Below are positions 32,996-44,498 of a stretch of 64,000 bases of DNA, piece by piece. Source of the DNA: Candidatus Latescibacterota bacterium (GTDB taxonomy: Bacteria > Latescibacterota > UBA2968 > UBA8231). Positions within the stretch are counted from its first letter, which is position 1; every line of letters begins with the position of its first letter. Made by a program: the position numbers and the translations under genes. Where the stretch lies: contig OZ220089.1 in NCBI GenBank assembly GCA_964291625.2, forward strand, positions 1,024,001 through 1,088,000, in the 5' to 3' direction. Under the pieces are notes generated by a model. It searched no databases, was not told the DNA's origin, and saw only the letters and a list, made by a program, of their open reading frames with translations.

Positions 32996-34117
32996 ATGGA
33001 GAACGTCAGGATCGAACGAATCGAATGGGCCCGCCTCACCGGCGAACGCCCCCGGAAAGCGGGCTGCAATTCCCGGCTCGGAGAGCACGGAGTCCACGTC
33101 CGTCCCGCCATCGCCCGCCTGACGACGGCGGACGGCGCCAGCGGCTTCGGCGCTTCGTGGATCTCGCGCGGGGAAGCCGCGTCCATCGTCGGGTTTCGGC
33201 TCAGCGATGCCTTCGCCGCCAGCGGCGTCGCCGAAGAGTTCAGAGTGCTGGAGTACCCCCTGTGGGATCTGGTGGGGCAACTGGCGCAGAGACCGGTGTA
33301 CGAAATGCTCTCCGGCGAGAAGGACGACTTCCGCGTTCCCTGTTACGATACGTCCCTCTACATCGATGACCTGCACCTCGAGGAGAATGCCGAGGCGGCG
33401 GCGCTCATCGCTTCCGAGGCCCTGGAGGGGAAGGCCCGGGGACACGGGGCCTTCAAGATCAAGGTCGGGCGCGGAGCCGTGCACATGCCCCTCGACGCGG
33501 GGACGCAGCGGGACATCGACGTCGTCCACACCGTGCGCCAGGCCGTCGGCCCGGATGCCGCGATCCTGCTGGATGCGAACAACGGCTACAACCTCAACCT
33601 CACAAAGCGGGTACTGGGCGCGACGGCCGGGGCGAGGGTCTACTGGATGGAGGAGGCCTTCCACGAAGATGCCCGTCTCTATGGGCTGCTGAAAGAGTGG
33701 CTGCACGCCGAAGGCCTGGAGACCCGCATCGCCGACGGGGAAGGGGACGCCTCCCCGAACCTCCTCGGTTGGGCGCGGGACGGGCTCGTCGACATCCTCC
33801 AGTACGACATCTTCCACCCCGGCTTCTCGCGCTGGCTCGAACTCGGTCCCGAGCTGGATGCATCCGGCGTCGGCACGGCGCCCCATCACTACGGCGGCCA
33901 CTACGGGAACTACGTCTCCTGCCACCTGGCGGCGAGGGTGGAGCGCTTCGAGTTCGTCGAGTGGGATCACGCCACGACCCCGGGCCTGGACGATTCCGGG
34001 TATTCCATCGCCGACGGCCTCGTGAGGGTCCCGCGCAAGGCCGGCTTCGGCCTGGACCTGGAGGAAGAGCCTTTCCACAGGGCCCTCGCCGAGAACGGAT
34101 TCGAGGTTCGCCTGTGA
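32996..34117 (+). CDS. Mandelate racemase/muconate lactonizing enzyme (enolase superfamily) protein
   Basis: FKIKVG, LDANN, WMEE, ADGE and PHH; GGGAGG RBS. Confidence 0.85.
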   Translation: MENVRIERIEWARLTGERPRKAGCNSRLGEHGVHVRPAIARLTTADGASGFGASWISRGEAASIVGFRLSDAFAASGVAEEFRVLEYPLWDLVGQLAQRPVYEMLSGEKDDFRVPCYDTSLYIDDLHLEENAEAAALIASEALEGKARGHGAFKIKVGRGAVHMPLDAGTQRDIDVVHTVRQAVGPDAAILLDANNGYNLNLTKRVLGATAGARVYWMEEAFHEDARLYGLLKEWLHAEGLETRIADGEGDASPNLLGWARDGLVDILQYDIFHPGFSRWLELGPELDASGVGTAPHHYGGHYGNYVSCHLAARVERFEFVEWDHATTPGLDDSGYSIADGLVRVPRKAGFGLDLEEEPFHRALAENGFEVRL

Positions 34118-35487
34118 CCACCGAAGGCGCGAGGCCCACCCACAAGTCCCGGCGCATCTGGTTCTGCCAGACGGAGTACGTGGCCCGCCATCCCGAGTCC
34201 CTGCAGAGACTCAAGGACGCCGTCGGTCTGACGACGATCATGCCCGAGAGCCCGGTCTGCCATACCTCGGGCTTCAGCCTCTCGGAGGAGCTGGCCCGGC
34301 GGGGTCCCTTCGAGGACTGGCGCCGGCGTCTCGATGCCTGGCCCCGCGGCGCCGAAGGTGTCTACCCGCCCGTGGCGGGAATCGTCAGCGGCTTCGACGA
34401 TGCACCCCTGCTGCGCGTCATCGAAGCGTGCAAGAGCGCGGGGATCGAGGTGTGGGGCCACATCGGCCTGTGGAGCTACGGCGGCGACGTCTATCCCGAG
34501 TTCGCCCTGCGCGACCTGGAGGGACGGCCGCTGGACCGCCGCTACCAGCAGTGGGGCATCGGCCTGTGCCCGAGCCGCGGGGAGGTCAACGAGTGGACGC
34601 GGGACTGCCTGGTGGAGGCGGTGCGGCGCTACGCCGTCGACGGCTTCGACGTGGACCACGCCCGCTATCCGGCCCCGGCCAACGTGCACAGCCTGATGGC
34701 CTGCGGCTGCCCCGCCTGCCAGGACGAAGCCGCCCGCCTGGGCTACGACTTCGCCGCCATGCGCCGCGGCGTCCTGGCCTTGCGCCGGCGCCTGGAGCGA
34801 TTGACCCCGGCCGACGTGCGGGCCCTGGCCGAGGCCCGTCCGGGTTTCATGGACTCTCTGGGCATCCTGGCCCAGGATGGCGCGGTCCTCCACTGGGTGA
34901 GGTTCAGGGCCCACATCCTGGCGGAGCGCATGGCCGAGTTCCGAGGGGCGGTACAGCAGGCCGGTGGCCGCGACAAGCTCTTCGGCAGCGACGTCTTCCC
35001 TCCGTCCACGGCGCTGCTGGGCGGCCACTGGTACAACAAATGGGAAGAAGCGACGGATTTCCTCACCGGGGGCAGTTCCCACGGAGGTGTGGTGGGATGG
35101 GCGACGGGCGTGACCAACCTGGCGCGGGAGTGGACCGCGGCCCTGTGCCGGCACGCCCCGGGGCTGGACGAACGCGAGGTGTTGGCCCTGCTGTGGCACA
35201 TGTTCGGGGTGGAGGACCTCGACCAGCCGGAGACCGCGGCAGCGGTGGCGGCAGGGCCTCTGCCGATCGCCGCGCTCTACGAGCGGGAGGTGGCCCGCCT
35301 GAAGGCGCAGACCAGCGGCGCGGTGCCGCTCTATCCGCCGCTGTCAGCGGGAGCGGCGCCTGAACTGGTGCGGTCTCTGGGGGCGGCTGTCGCCCGCCAC
35401 GGGTGCGACGGGTGCCTGTTCACGGTGAACGCCGAAGACGCGGGGCAGGTCCGGGTGCTGGGCGAGGCTCTGGCGGGGGTGGGGTGA
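34114..35487 (+). CDS. Hypothetical TIM-barrel protein, glycoside hydrolase-like (GHL10-like)
   Basis: LCPS...E..RRYAVDGFDVDHARYP and CGCPAC motifs; GTGA overlap with the previous stop. Confidence 0.6.
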   Translation: MTTEGARPTHKSRRIWFCQTEYVARHPESLQRLKDAVGLTTIMPESPVCHTSGFSLSEELARRGPFEDWRRRLDAWPRGAEGVYPPVAGIVSGFDDAPLLRVIEACKSAGIEVWGHIGLWSYGGDVYPEFALRDLEGRPLDRRYQQWGIGLCPSRGEVNEWTRDCLVEAVRRYAVDGFDVDHARYPAPANVHSLMACGCPACQDEAARLGYDFAAMRRGVLALRRRLERLTPADVRALAEARPGFMDSLGILAQDGAVLHWVRFRAHILAERMAEFRGAVQQAGGRDKLFGSDVFPPSTALLGGHWYNKWEEATDFLTGGSSHGGVVGWATGVTNLAREWTAALCRHAPGLDEREVLALLWHMFGVEDLDQPETAAAVAAGPLPIAALYEREVARLKAQTSGAVPLYPPLSAGAAPELVRSLGAAVARHGCDGCLFTVNAEDAGQVRVLGEALAGVG

Positions 35488-35564
35488 CTTGCAGTTTTGC
35501 GGTTCTTGGGACTTCTCTCGTTTTGTTACTTGCGAATATCCCGACCCGATAGCTGACGATCCGG

Positions 35565-36029
35565 CTACTCCGGCTGCAGCCGTGCCAGGAATCGCTCGAA
35601 GTCCCGGTCGAAACCGCCCCGGACTCGCGCCGCCCTGGCAGCCAGATCCGCCACCCTCCCGGGGTCCAGGTCCGCCGTGTACGGGTGGCGAAAGAAGTGG
35701 CGGAACCGGCGTAACTCGTCCAGGCCGGAGGCGGTCTCCGCGGACAGCAGCGCCGGGCGGATGCCCTCGATCTCCAGCTGCATTCGCCTGAGCGGATCCG
35801 CGTGATGGCCGCCTTCGTCGACGCGGCTCTCGAAGAACCGCGCCGTCTCCTGGAACAACTGCTCGAAGGCGCCGTAGAGGTTGTGGAGCTGATAGCCCAT
35901 GCTGTCCACCCCTTCAGCGCTTCGGGCAAACGTCCCCAGTCGCGACTGGATGCGATCGCCGAGGCGGGCGATGTCCCGGGAGCGCGACCGCAAGCCCGCT
36001 TCGAGGACCGCCAGGGCTTCCCTATCCAT
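35565..36029 (-). CDS. HEPN-domain RNase toxin (HepT-like)
   Basis: RHFFRHPY matches the R-X4-H-X-Y HEPN motif; also LHNLYGAFE. Confidence 0.8.
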   Translation of the reverse strand: MDREALAVLEAGLRSRSRDIARLGDRIQSRLGTFARSAEGVDSMGYQLHNLYGAFEQLFQETARFFESRVDEGGHHADPLRRMQLEIEGIRPALLSAETASGLDELRRFRHFFRHPYTADLDPGRVADLAARAARVRGGFDRDFERFLARLQPE

Positions 36030-36375
36030 ACACCTTGACTCCAGCCTGAGTGAAGGACTCGGCAGAAGGGTGTCGGTCGAGGTCGATCACATCCACCGCT
36101 CTGCCCGTAGCCTCCTCCAGGGCTTTCATCACCTCGAGGACCACGGGCGAGCATCCTCCCACGGCCACGTCTACGTCGGACGACTCCTTCCAGCAGTCGG
36201 GTGAACGCAGCGACCCCACTATGTACGCGGACTCGATAGCGAGCGGTTCCCGCAGTTCCTGCAGGGTGCGGCTGACACGGTCGAGCAGCTCGGCCTGCTC
36301 TGCCGCCAGCCGCTGCCGCCGCTCTCTCAGGGCTTTGTCGAGGGTGTTGGTGTGGAACATGGCGATGTGGCTCAC
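36022..36375 (-). CDS. Minimal nucleotidyltransferase (MNT) antitoxin
   Basis: VGS...SDVDVAV and VDVIDL; overlaps the HEPN gene. Start could be ATG 36360. Confidence 0.8.
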   Translation of the reverse strand: MSHIAMFHTNTLDKALRERRQRLAAEQAELLDRVSRTLQELREPLAIESAYIVGSLRSPDCWKESSDVDVAVGGCSPVVLEVMKALEEATGRAVDVIDLDRHPSAESFTQAGVKVYG

Positions 36376-36471
36376 CTGAAGGGAAGTACACCCCCCGGGG
36401 AAACTCGATCAAGGCTTCGGCGCCGGGGGGGCCACCGCATGACCGGACGGCGGGCTGCACCTTGGCGCTGA

Positions 36472-38526
<2,055 letters not shown>

Positions 38527-38754
38527 AGCCGGGATCGCCCCCCGGACCGTCTCAGGTCCTCCAGCGCCCCGGCGTCTGAGGGCGGAGCTCAGGGCTCAGC
38601 GTCGCGGACCTCCGAAACCCTCAGCGCCCCCATTCCGCCAACAGAACCAGCAGATTTCAGGCGAACCCGGCAGCCCACACAACGACGCCGCCATCGCCGC
38701 AGCCGGCAAGCCGCCAGATCCACACTGAGCAGACCTCGCCCCGGCGGGTCCCCT

Positions 38755-40092
38755 TCAGGCCCCGTCCGTCCCCAGCTGCGCCACCAGGTCGAAGGTGACG
38801 TCCACGGCGAACCCCACGTTCGCCACCGAGACGCGCTCGTCGTGGCCGTGGCAGAGCTCGAAGAAGTCGCAGCCGGGCTCGTGGCGCATGGGCACGAAGC
38901 CGTACACGGTGATGTCGAGGTCGGTGAGGAAGCGGGCGTCGGTGCCGCCGGTCTGCATGTAGGGAGCCAGCACCGCCCCCGGCTCGTGGCGCGCCAGGGC
39001 CGCCTTCATGGCCCCGAGCAGCGGCGATCCGTGATCGAAGGCCACACCCGGCCGGAACCTCTCCATCTCCAGGTCCACGCCATCCCCCGCCAGGGCCCGC
39101 ACCTCGGCGGTGAATTCCGCCTCTGCCACCCCGGGCAGGGGCCGGCCGCTGAGACGCACGGCCGCCTCTGAAGGGATGACGTTGCGCTTCACTCCCGCCT
39201 CGAGCAGGGTCGGGGCGCAGGTGTTGCGCAGCATGGCGTCGAACATGCCCCGGACGGGCGGCTCCACGGGCAGGGCCTGCAGGGCCTCCTCGGCCCGCGC
39301 CGGGTCGAGCAGATCCAGTAGCAGCCGGCCCACCTCGGGCCCCACGGCGCGCGCCGCCGCCTCGAAGAAGGCGGCCACCGCCGGGGTGACGCGGTGGGGC
39401 AGCTTGCCGCCGAGACGGGTCTGGGCGCCGCCGAGGTGCACGATGGGGTTGTCGTCGTGGGGCACCGAGCTGTGGCCGGGGCGCCCGCGGGCGATCAGGT
39501 CCACGTCGGCCCCCCCCTTCTCGGCCACCTGGCAGGTGTAGATCGGCTGGCCGTCGACGAGCACGGCGAAGCCGCCGGCCTCGTTGACCCCGTACTCGGC
39601 GTCCAGCCACTCGGGGTGGTTGGCGGCGATCCAGCCCATCCCGTGGACGCCCCCGCGCTCCTCGTCGGCGGCGGCGATGACCACCACGTCGCGCTTCAGG
39701 GGCAGCTTGCGCCGGTGGCACATGAGCAGGGCCTGCAGGTGCACGGCGGCGGTCAGCTTGGAGTCGATGGATCCGCGGCCGTAGAGCACGCCGCCGGCGA
39801 TCTCTCCGCCGAAGGGCGGGTGACTCCAGCGCTCCGGCTCGGCGGGCACCACGTCGAGGTGCGACATCAGCAGCAGGGGGCGCTCGGAGCCGTCGCCCCG
39901 CAGGCGCACGGCGAGGCTGGCGCGCTCGGGCGCGGCCTCCAGGACCCGGGGCTCGAGCCCCTCGGCGGCCAGCTCGGCGGCCAGGTGGCGCACCAGGGGC
40001 AGCTCGTTCCCGGGCGGGTTGGTGGTGTCGAAGCGCAGCATCTCCTGCAGGCGGGCGACGGCTTCGGCGCCGGGCGTCAGGGGGGCCGTCAT
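38755..40092 (-). CDS. M20/M25/M40 family metallo-hydrolase
   Basis: DTTNPPGNE, SHLDVVP, GRGSIDSK, ADEE, NEAGG, GGTD and HGHDER. Confidence 0.9.
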   Translation of the reverse strand: MTAPLTPGAEAVARLQEMLRFDTTNPPGNELPLVRHLAAELAAEGLEPRVLEAAPERASLAVRLRGDGSERPLLLMSHLDVVPAEPERWSHPPFGGEIAGGVLYGRGSIDSKLTAAVHLQALLMCHRRKLPLKRDVVVIAAADEERGGVHGMGWIAANHPEWLDAEYGVNEAGGFAVLVDGQPIYTCQVAEKGGADVDLIARGRPGHSSVPHDDNPIVHLGGAQTRLGGKLPHRVTPAVAAFFEAAARAVGPEVGRLLLDLLDPARAEEALQALPVEPPVRGMFDAMLRNTCAPTLLEAGVKRNVIPSEAAVRLSGRPLPGVAEAEFTAEVRALAGDGVDLEMERFRPGVAFDHGSPLLGAMKAALARHEPGAVLAPYMQTGGTDARFLTDLDITVYGFVPMRHEPGCDFFELCHGHDERVSVANVGFAVDVTFDLVAQLGTDGA

Positions 40093-41549
40093 CGCAGACT
40101 CTCGAAGCGCCAGTCCTCGAGGGGGACCATGGCGCCCGGATCGAAGGCGCTCCCGGCGCCGAGGCCGGGGCAGCGCTGCAGGGAGCGCACGTCGATGGCT
40201 CCGCCGGCGACGTGGAGGAACCCGCTCCCCTCGGAGCGCCGGTAGAGGCCCTCGTGCTCGCGCAGGACCGTCTCCCGCTCCGGCGGCGACAGGTGGTCGA
40301 GGCCGCGCACGTAGTGGTGGCCGTTGCGCTCGGCGTGGTCCAGCCCCAGGGCGGCCACGTGGGCCAGGTCCTGGTGCAGGGGGACGACGGGAAGGTTCAT
40401 CAGGTCCTCGGCGGTGATGAGGAAGGGGACGCCCCGCTCGCCGCTCAACCGGCGGGCGAGGGCGGCGTTGGCCAGGGCCTTGAACAGCCCCTTGCAGTTC
40501 TTGGTGCTGACGCCGCGGTAGCCCAGCTCCGCGGCGCTCTCGAAGGAGTCGAGGTCGCCGTCGCTCTCGTCGATGATCATCGGCTTGCGGGCCGACACCG
40601 AGGCGATTCCCGCCGCCTGCTCCTCGTCGAGGGCGACGCTCCGCTCCAGGGGCTGCTCCACGTAGGCGATGGCGTCGTCGAAGGCGGGCAGGTCCCGCTC
40701 GATGTGCGCCAGCAGCGCCACGAAGCCGTCGAGCTCCGCGTACTGCTCGTTGCCGTCGAGGGAGAGCGCGTAGCGGCCGGCGGCCGGTCCCTCGTCGAGG
40801 AGATCCGCGATGGCGGTGAGCCGCTCGAGGTCGGCCTCGTGGTCGCCGCTGACCTTGACCTTGAGCCAGCGGATCCCCTGGACGGCCAGATAGGCCTCCA
40901 GCGACTGGGGGAGCCCGTCGTCGAGCTTCTCTCCGGCCGGCACGTCGGCGTCGCGGATCGGGTCGGCCAGCCCCACGGTGTGGCGCACGGCGATGCTCTC
41001 CGAGGGGCGCGGCGCAACCGCCGCCGACGGCGGGGTGCCTGCGAGGACGGGCAGGACCGCCCCGAGGTCGAGGCCGAGGGGGTTGGCGGGATCGGTGAGC
41101 AGCTGGTGGTAGCTCCGGCCCGCGGCCCTTCCGACGGCGTCGATGAGGGCGCGCTCCATGAGGGTGCTGCCGTGGGACGCCGTGAGATGGTCGAGGCCCC
41201 GCCGGTCGCCGGCCCGCAGCGACTCGCCGTAACCGTCGCGCCAGATGTCGAAGACCGGGCGCGGCTCCCGCGAGGCCTCGGCAAAGGCCCGCGCCGCCTG
41301 GCGGGCGGCGAAGAGCAGGTCGTCCACGTTCTCCTCGTAGCTCTTGGCCGGATCCTTGTCGAACCACTTCGGCGGCAGGATGTCGGCCGCCAGGCCCTCG
41401 GCCCTGGAGCCGCCGGCCAGCTCCACTTGCGCCCTCACGTGCAGGATCGGCACGCTCGTCAGGGTGGCCACGCCGTAGCGGAAAGGCATGCGGGTGCGCA
41501 CGTTGCGCATGGTGAAGCCGACCTCGCGGAGGCACAGCCGCTCAGGCAT
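40089..41549 (-). CDS. Uncharacterised enolase-superfamily protein
   Basis: LKVK, DGNEQ, EQP, IDESD, STKNCK, EDL and ERNGHHY motifs. Confidence 0.75.
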   Translation of the reverse strand: MPERLCLREVGFTMRNVRTRMPFRYGVATLTSVPILHVRAQVELAGGSRAEGLAADILPPKWFDKDPAKSYEENVDDLLFAARQAARAFAEASREPRPVFDIWRDGYGESLRAGDRRGLDHLTASHGSTLMERALIDAVGRAAGRSYHQLLTDPANPLGLDLGAVLPVLAGTPPSAAVAPRPSESIAVRHTVGLADPIRDADVPAGEKLDDGLPQSLEAYLAVQGIRWLKVKVSGDHEADLERLTAIADLLDEGPAAGRYALSLDGNEQYAELDGFVALLAHIERDLPAFDDAIAYVEQPLERSVALDEEQAAGIASVSARKPMIIDESDGDLDSFESAAELGYRGVSTKNCKGLFKALANAALARRLSGERGVPFLITAEDLMNLPVVPLHQDLAHVAALGLDHAERNGHHYVRGLDHLSPPERETVLREHEGLYRRSEGSGFLHVAGGAIDVRSLQRCPGLGAGSAFDPGAMVPLEDWRFESLR

Positions 41550-43095
41550 GGGTCAGGGCCTCTCCGGCGGCCTCCGGCTGCCAGTCGTCCAGGGCCGTCC
41601 ACCTGGATGAGTCGATGGGGAAGCCGATCCCCAGGCCGGGCGCCCGGTTCAGGCTGGCCGCGTCCAGATGGCCCCGGTGAATCGCCAGGGGGGCTCGGCC
41701 TTCCGCCAGCTCCTCGTAGAGGGCGCCGTGGCTCCGGGCGCAGGTCTCCCTCTCGGCCGGGGAGAGGTGGGCGAGTCCCGGGCCGTGCCAGGCTCCCCTG
41801 CACTCCACGGGATCGACTCCGAGGGCCGCCATCTGCGCCAGGTGCTGGTGCAGGCCGGTCACGGCCAGGCTCAGCAGCTCCGCCCCCGACAGCCGGCCCG
41901 AGCCCTGCCCGCCGCCGTCCCAGAGACTGCACAGGGCCTGGTTGGCCAGCGCCTTCGTCAGGCCGGTGCCGATGCGGCACGTGGTGCCCGCGTATCCCAG
42001 GCCGGCGGCGCGCTTGAAGGCGCCGAGGGTCTGGTTCGACTCGTCGATGAAGACCGGCTTGCGGGCGCCCAGGGCGGCCACCTCCCGGCCCAGGGCGGGG
42101 CCCAGGGCCTCGGCCCTCGGGAAGGGCTGCTCCACCCAGGCGGTGGCCGCGTACAGCCGGCGCCCCGCCTCCGGCCCGGACTCGAGCCGGTCGAGGAGGA
42201 TGTGCAGGTCCGCCGGATCGGCGAAGGCCTCGCTGCCGTCGAGCACCACGCAGAGGTCGTCCACGTCGGCCAGGACCTCGGCGATGCGCTCGAGGCGATC
42301 CCCGTCGGATGCGGGGCGGCCCTCGAGCTCGATGCGGAAGTGGCGCAGCCCCTGCCGGCGGACAGCGGCCTCCAGCGCCTCCGGTGCGGCGGTGTCGGCG
42401 CCATCCCCCGCGGGCGGGTCCGCCTCTCGCAGGGTATCGCCGGCGCCGACGGTGTGGCGCCTCTGGAGGCGGCCGGCCGGACGCGGCGGCAGGACATCCC
42501 CCTGAGGCAGGTCGGCCTCGCGCAGGATATCGCCGGGGCCGACGGTGTGGCGCACCTGCAGCCGGCCCGCCGGCCGCGGGGGCAGGACATCCGCCGGGGC
42601 CGCGCCGGCGAGCTCGGGATGGACGTCTCCCAGCTCGATCCCGCCCAGGTTGCGGCGCAGCAGTTCGTGGTACGGCAGGTCCAGGGCCCGGCCGAGCCCG
42701 TCGAAGAGGGCGCGCTCCAGGAGGGCGGCCCCGTGGCCGGCGGCCATGGGGCTCATGCCGCGGTCGCCGCCCAGGGCCACGGCGGCCTCGTAGGCGTCGC
42801 GCCAGATGCGGTAGACCGGGCGCGGCACTCGCGCCGAGGCCACGGCCACGTCGACGGCGGTGCGCGCCCCGGCGGCCAGGGCGCGGGATCCGGTCGGCAG
42901 GAGGGGGTCGAACCAGGCCGGCGCCAGCACGTCGGCGGCCACCCCCCGGGCGCGGCGGCCGTCGGCGGTCCGCAGCTCCAGGGCGAGGTGAAGCTCGTCC
43001 AGCCTGTCCCTGTCGACGCCGCCGAGACGCACGGGACAGCGGACCGGCCGGCTGCGCACCGAGAGCGCGGCCTCGTGAAGGCTGACCGGTACCAT
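41542..43095 (-). CDS. Degenerate paralog of the adjacent enolase-superfamily protein (possible pseudoenzyme)
   Basis: Collinear with 40089-41549 (ADVLAPAWFD, LLERALFD, VRHTVG, EQP, IDES, LAHLSPAERE), but the catalytic Lys motifs are replaced. Confidence 0.72.
   Translation of the reverse strand: MVPVSLHEAALSVRSRPVRCPVRLGGVDRDRLDELHLALELRTADGRRARGVAADVLAPAWFDPLLPTGSRALAAGARTAVDVAVASARVPRPVYRIWRDAYEAAVALGGDRGMSPMAAGHGAALLERALFDGLGRALDLPYHELLRRNLGGIELGDVHPELAGAAPADVLPPRPAGRLQVRHTVGPGDILREADLPQGDVLPPRPAGRLQRRHTVGAGDTLREADPPAGDGADTAAPEALEAAVRRQGLRHFRIELEGRPASDGDRLERIAEVLADVDDLCVVLDGSEAFADPADLHILLDRLESGPEAGRRLYAATAWVEQPFPRAEALGPALGREVAALGARKPVFIDESNQTLGAFKRAAGLGYAGTTCRIGTGLTKALANQALCSLWDGGGQGSGRLSGAELLSLAVTGLHQHLAQMAALGVDPVECRGAWHGPGLAHLSPAERETCARSHGALYEELAEGRAPLAIHRGHLDAASLNRAPGLGIGFPIDSSRWTALDDWQPEAAGEALTHA
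42404..42592 (-). repeat. Internal imperfect 93-bp (31-aa) tandem duplication
   Basis: DVLPPRPAGRLQVRHTVGPGDILREADLPQG versus DVLPPRPAGRLQRRHTVGAGDTLREADPPAG; GACGGTGTGGCGC occurs at 42448 and 42541. Confidence 0.9.
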
Positions 43096-43097
43096 CC

Positions 43098-44498
43098 CTA
43101 TTCCGCCAGGCTGCCGGCGGCGGCCGTCGGAGGGGACAGCACCCGTTCGATCTCGTCGAGGCGGTATCCGAAGCCGGCTCCCCGGAGCGAGGCCAGGTCC
43201 AGGGCCCCCTCCCGCCGCGAGTACAGCCCCGGATGGACCTGGGCCTCGGCGGCCGAGGCCTCCGGGTAGAACTGCATGCTGTTGGTCTCCACCCCCATGA
43301 TGGTATCGGCGTGGGCGGCCAGCAGCACATGGGGGATCTGGGCCAGCATCGGGTTGGTCAGGTCCTGCACCATCACCCCCATGCCGTGGGCCCGCGCCCA
43401 GCACAGGCTCAGCAGGGCCTCGGTCTGGGTCTTGCACGTCTTCAGGGCGACGCCGTTCCACCCCAGGCTCCGGCCGAGGCGCACCAGCTCCCAGTCGTGG
43501 GCGCTCTCGTCCATGAACAGGGGCTTGCGCGCCGAGACGGCGTGGACGTCGATGCGGTGGGCCTCCAGGTCGTAGGGGAAGGGCTGCTCCACGTAGAGCA
43601 CCATGCCGTAGAGCCGCGGGTGCTCGTCCCGCAGCCGGTCGAGGATGTCGTTGACGTAGGCCGGCTCGGTGACCGTGCAGTTGAAGTCGGCCGACAGCCA
43701 GTGAGTGCCGTGGTCCACGCCGATGGCGCCCACCCGGACGAGGCGCTCGTAGTCCCAGACCTCGTCGGTGCCGCGCAGCTTCACCTTCAGGCACTTGAGC
43801 CCGTCGCGGCGGATCCAGTCGGCCAGCAGCACCGGGTGGCCGTCGTCGGGCTCGTCCCCGGTCAGTTCGTCCGGCGTCAGCGGGTCGAGGCCGCCCACCA
43901 GGTGCCAGGCGGGCAGTCGCCGCAGCGGCCCGGGGGCGAGGAAGTCCCGGGGGTAGCGGCCGGCGAAGTCGACACCCGGCTCCGGCTCGAGGAAGCGGGA
44001 CAGGTCGGCGTTGAGGTACCCGGCGTCATAGGTCTCGTAGACCGGCCGGCCGCAGAGGCGGCCGAAGGCGTCGTGGAGGGCGAGGTCGAAGGGGGAGCTG
44101 CACACCCGCGCCGCCAGCAGCGGCACCTGGAGGGACCCGTGGCGGAAACGGTCCAGGACCGCCGGCAGCTGGAGCTGGAAGGCGTGCCCCACTTCGAGGG
44201 CGTGACCGCTGACCTCGAAGCCGCTCCAGGCGGGGACCAGCCCGGCGGTGAAGGCGATCAGGGCCTGGTGGCGCTCCTCGTAGGACTCCTCGGAGGGCCA
44301 GACCCACTGCACGCTCAGGGGGGTCTCCCCCCACCCCTCGGCGCGGCGGCCGTCGGCGGCGGCCACCTCCAGGCGGACGCGGGCGACGGTGACGCGGGTG
44401 GTCGTCTCCGGCCCGAACTTCAGCGGCATCCGGGTCTCCACCGGCAGCAGGTAGAGGGCCGCGCCGGTGACCCGCACGTCGGTCGGCCGGGACGTCAC
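43098..44498 (-). CDS. Uncharacterised mandelate racemase/MLE-like enolase-superfamily protein
   Basis: ETRMPLKFG, LKVK, ADFN, EQP, MDES, LKTCK and VQDLTN; GTG start overlaps the argH stop. Confidence 0.8.
   Translation of the reverse strand: MTSRPTDVRVTGAALYLLPVETRMPLKFGPETTTRVTVARVRLEVAAADGRRAEGWGETPLSVQWVWPSEESYEERHQALIAFTAGLVPAWSGFEVSGHALEVGHAFQLQLPAVLDRFRHGSLQVPLLAARVCSSPFDLALHDAFGRLCGRPVYETYDAGYLNADLSRFLEPEPGVDFAGRYPRDFLAPGPLRRLPAWHLVGGLDPLTPDELTGDEPDDGHPVLLADWIRRDGLKCLKVKLRGTDEVWDYERLVRVGAIGVDHGTHWLSADFNCTVTEPAYVNDILDRLRDEHPRLYGMVLYVEQPFPYDLEAHRIDVHAVSARKPLFMDESAHDWELVRLGRSLGWNGVALKTCKTQTEALLSLCWARAHGMGVMVQDLTNPMLAQIPHVLLAAHADTIMGVETNSMQFYPEASAAEAQVHPGLYSRREGALDLASLRGAGFGYRLDEIERVLSPPTAAAGSLAE

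Noticed and set aside
38527-38754. 230-bp convergent intergenic region after ligA as ncRNA or MITE
   Set aside because: Only short CTCAG/CTGAG motifs; no terminal inverted repeats, tRNA-like fold or second copy in the window.
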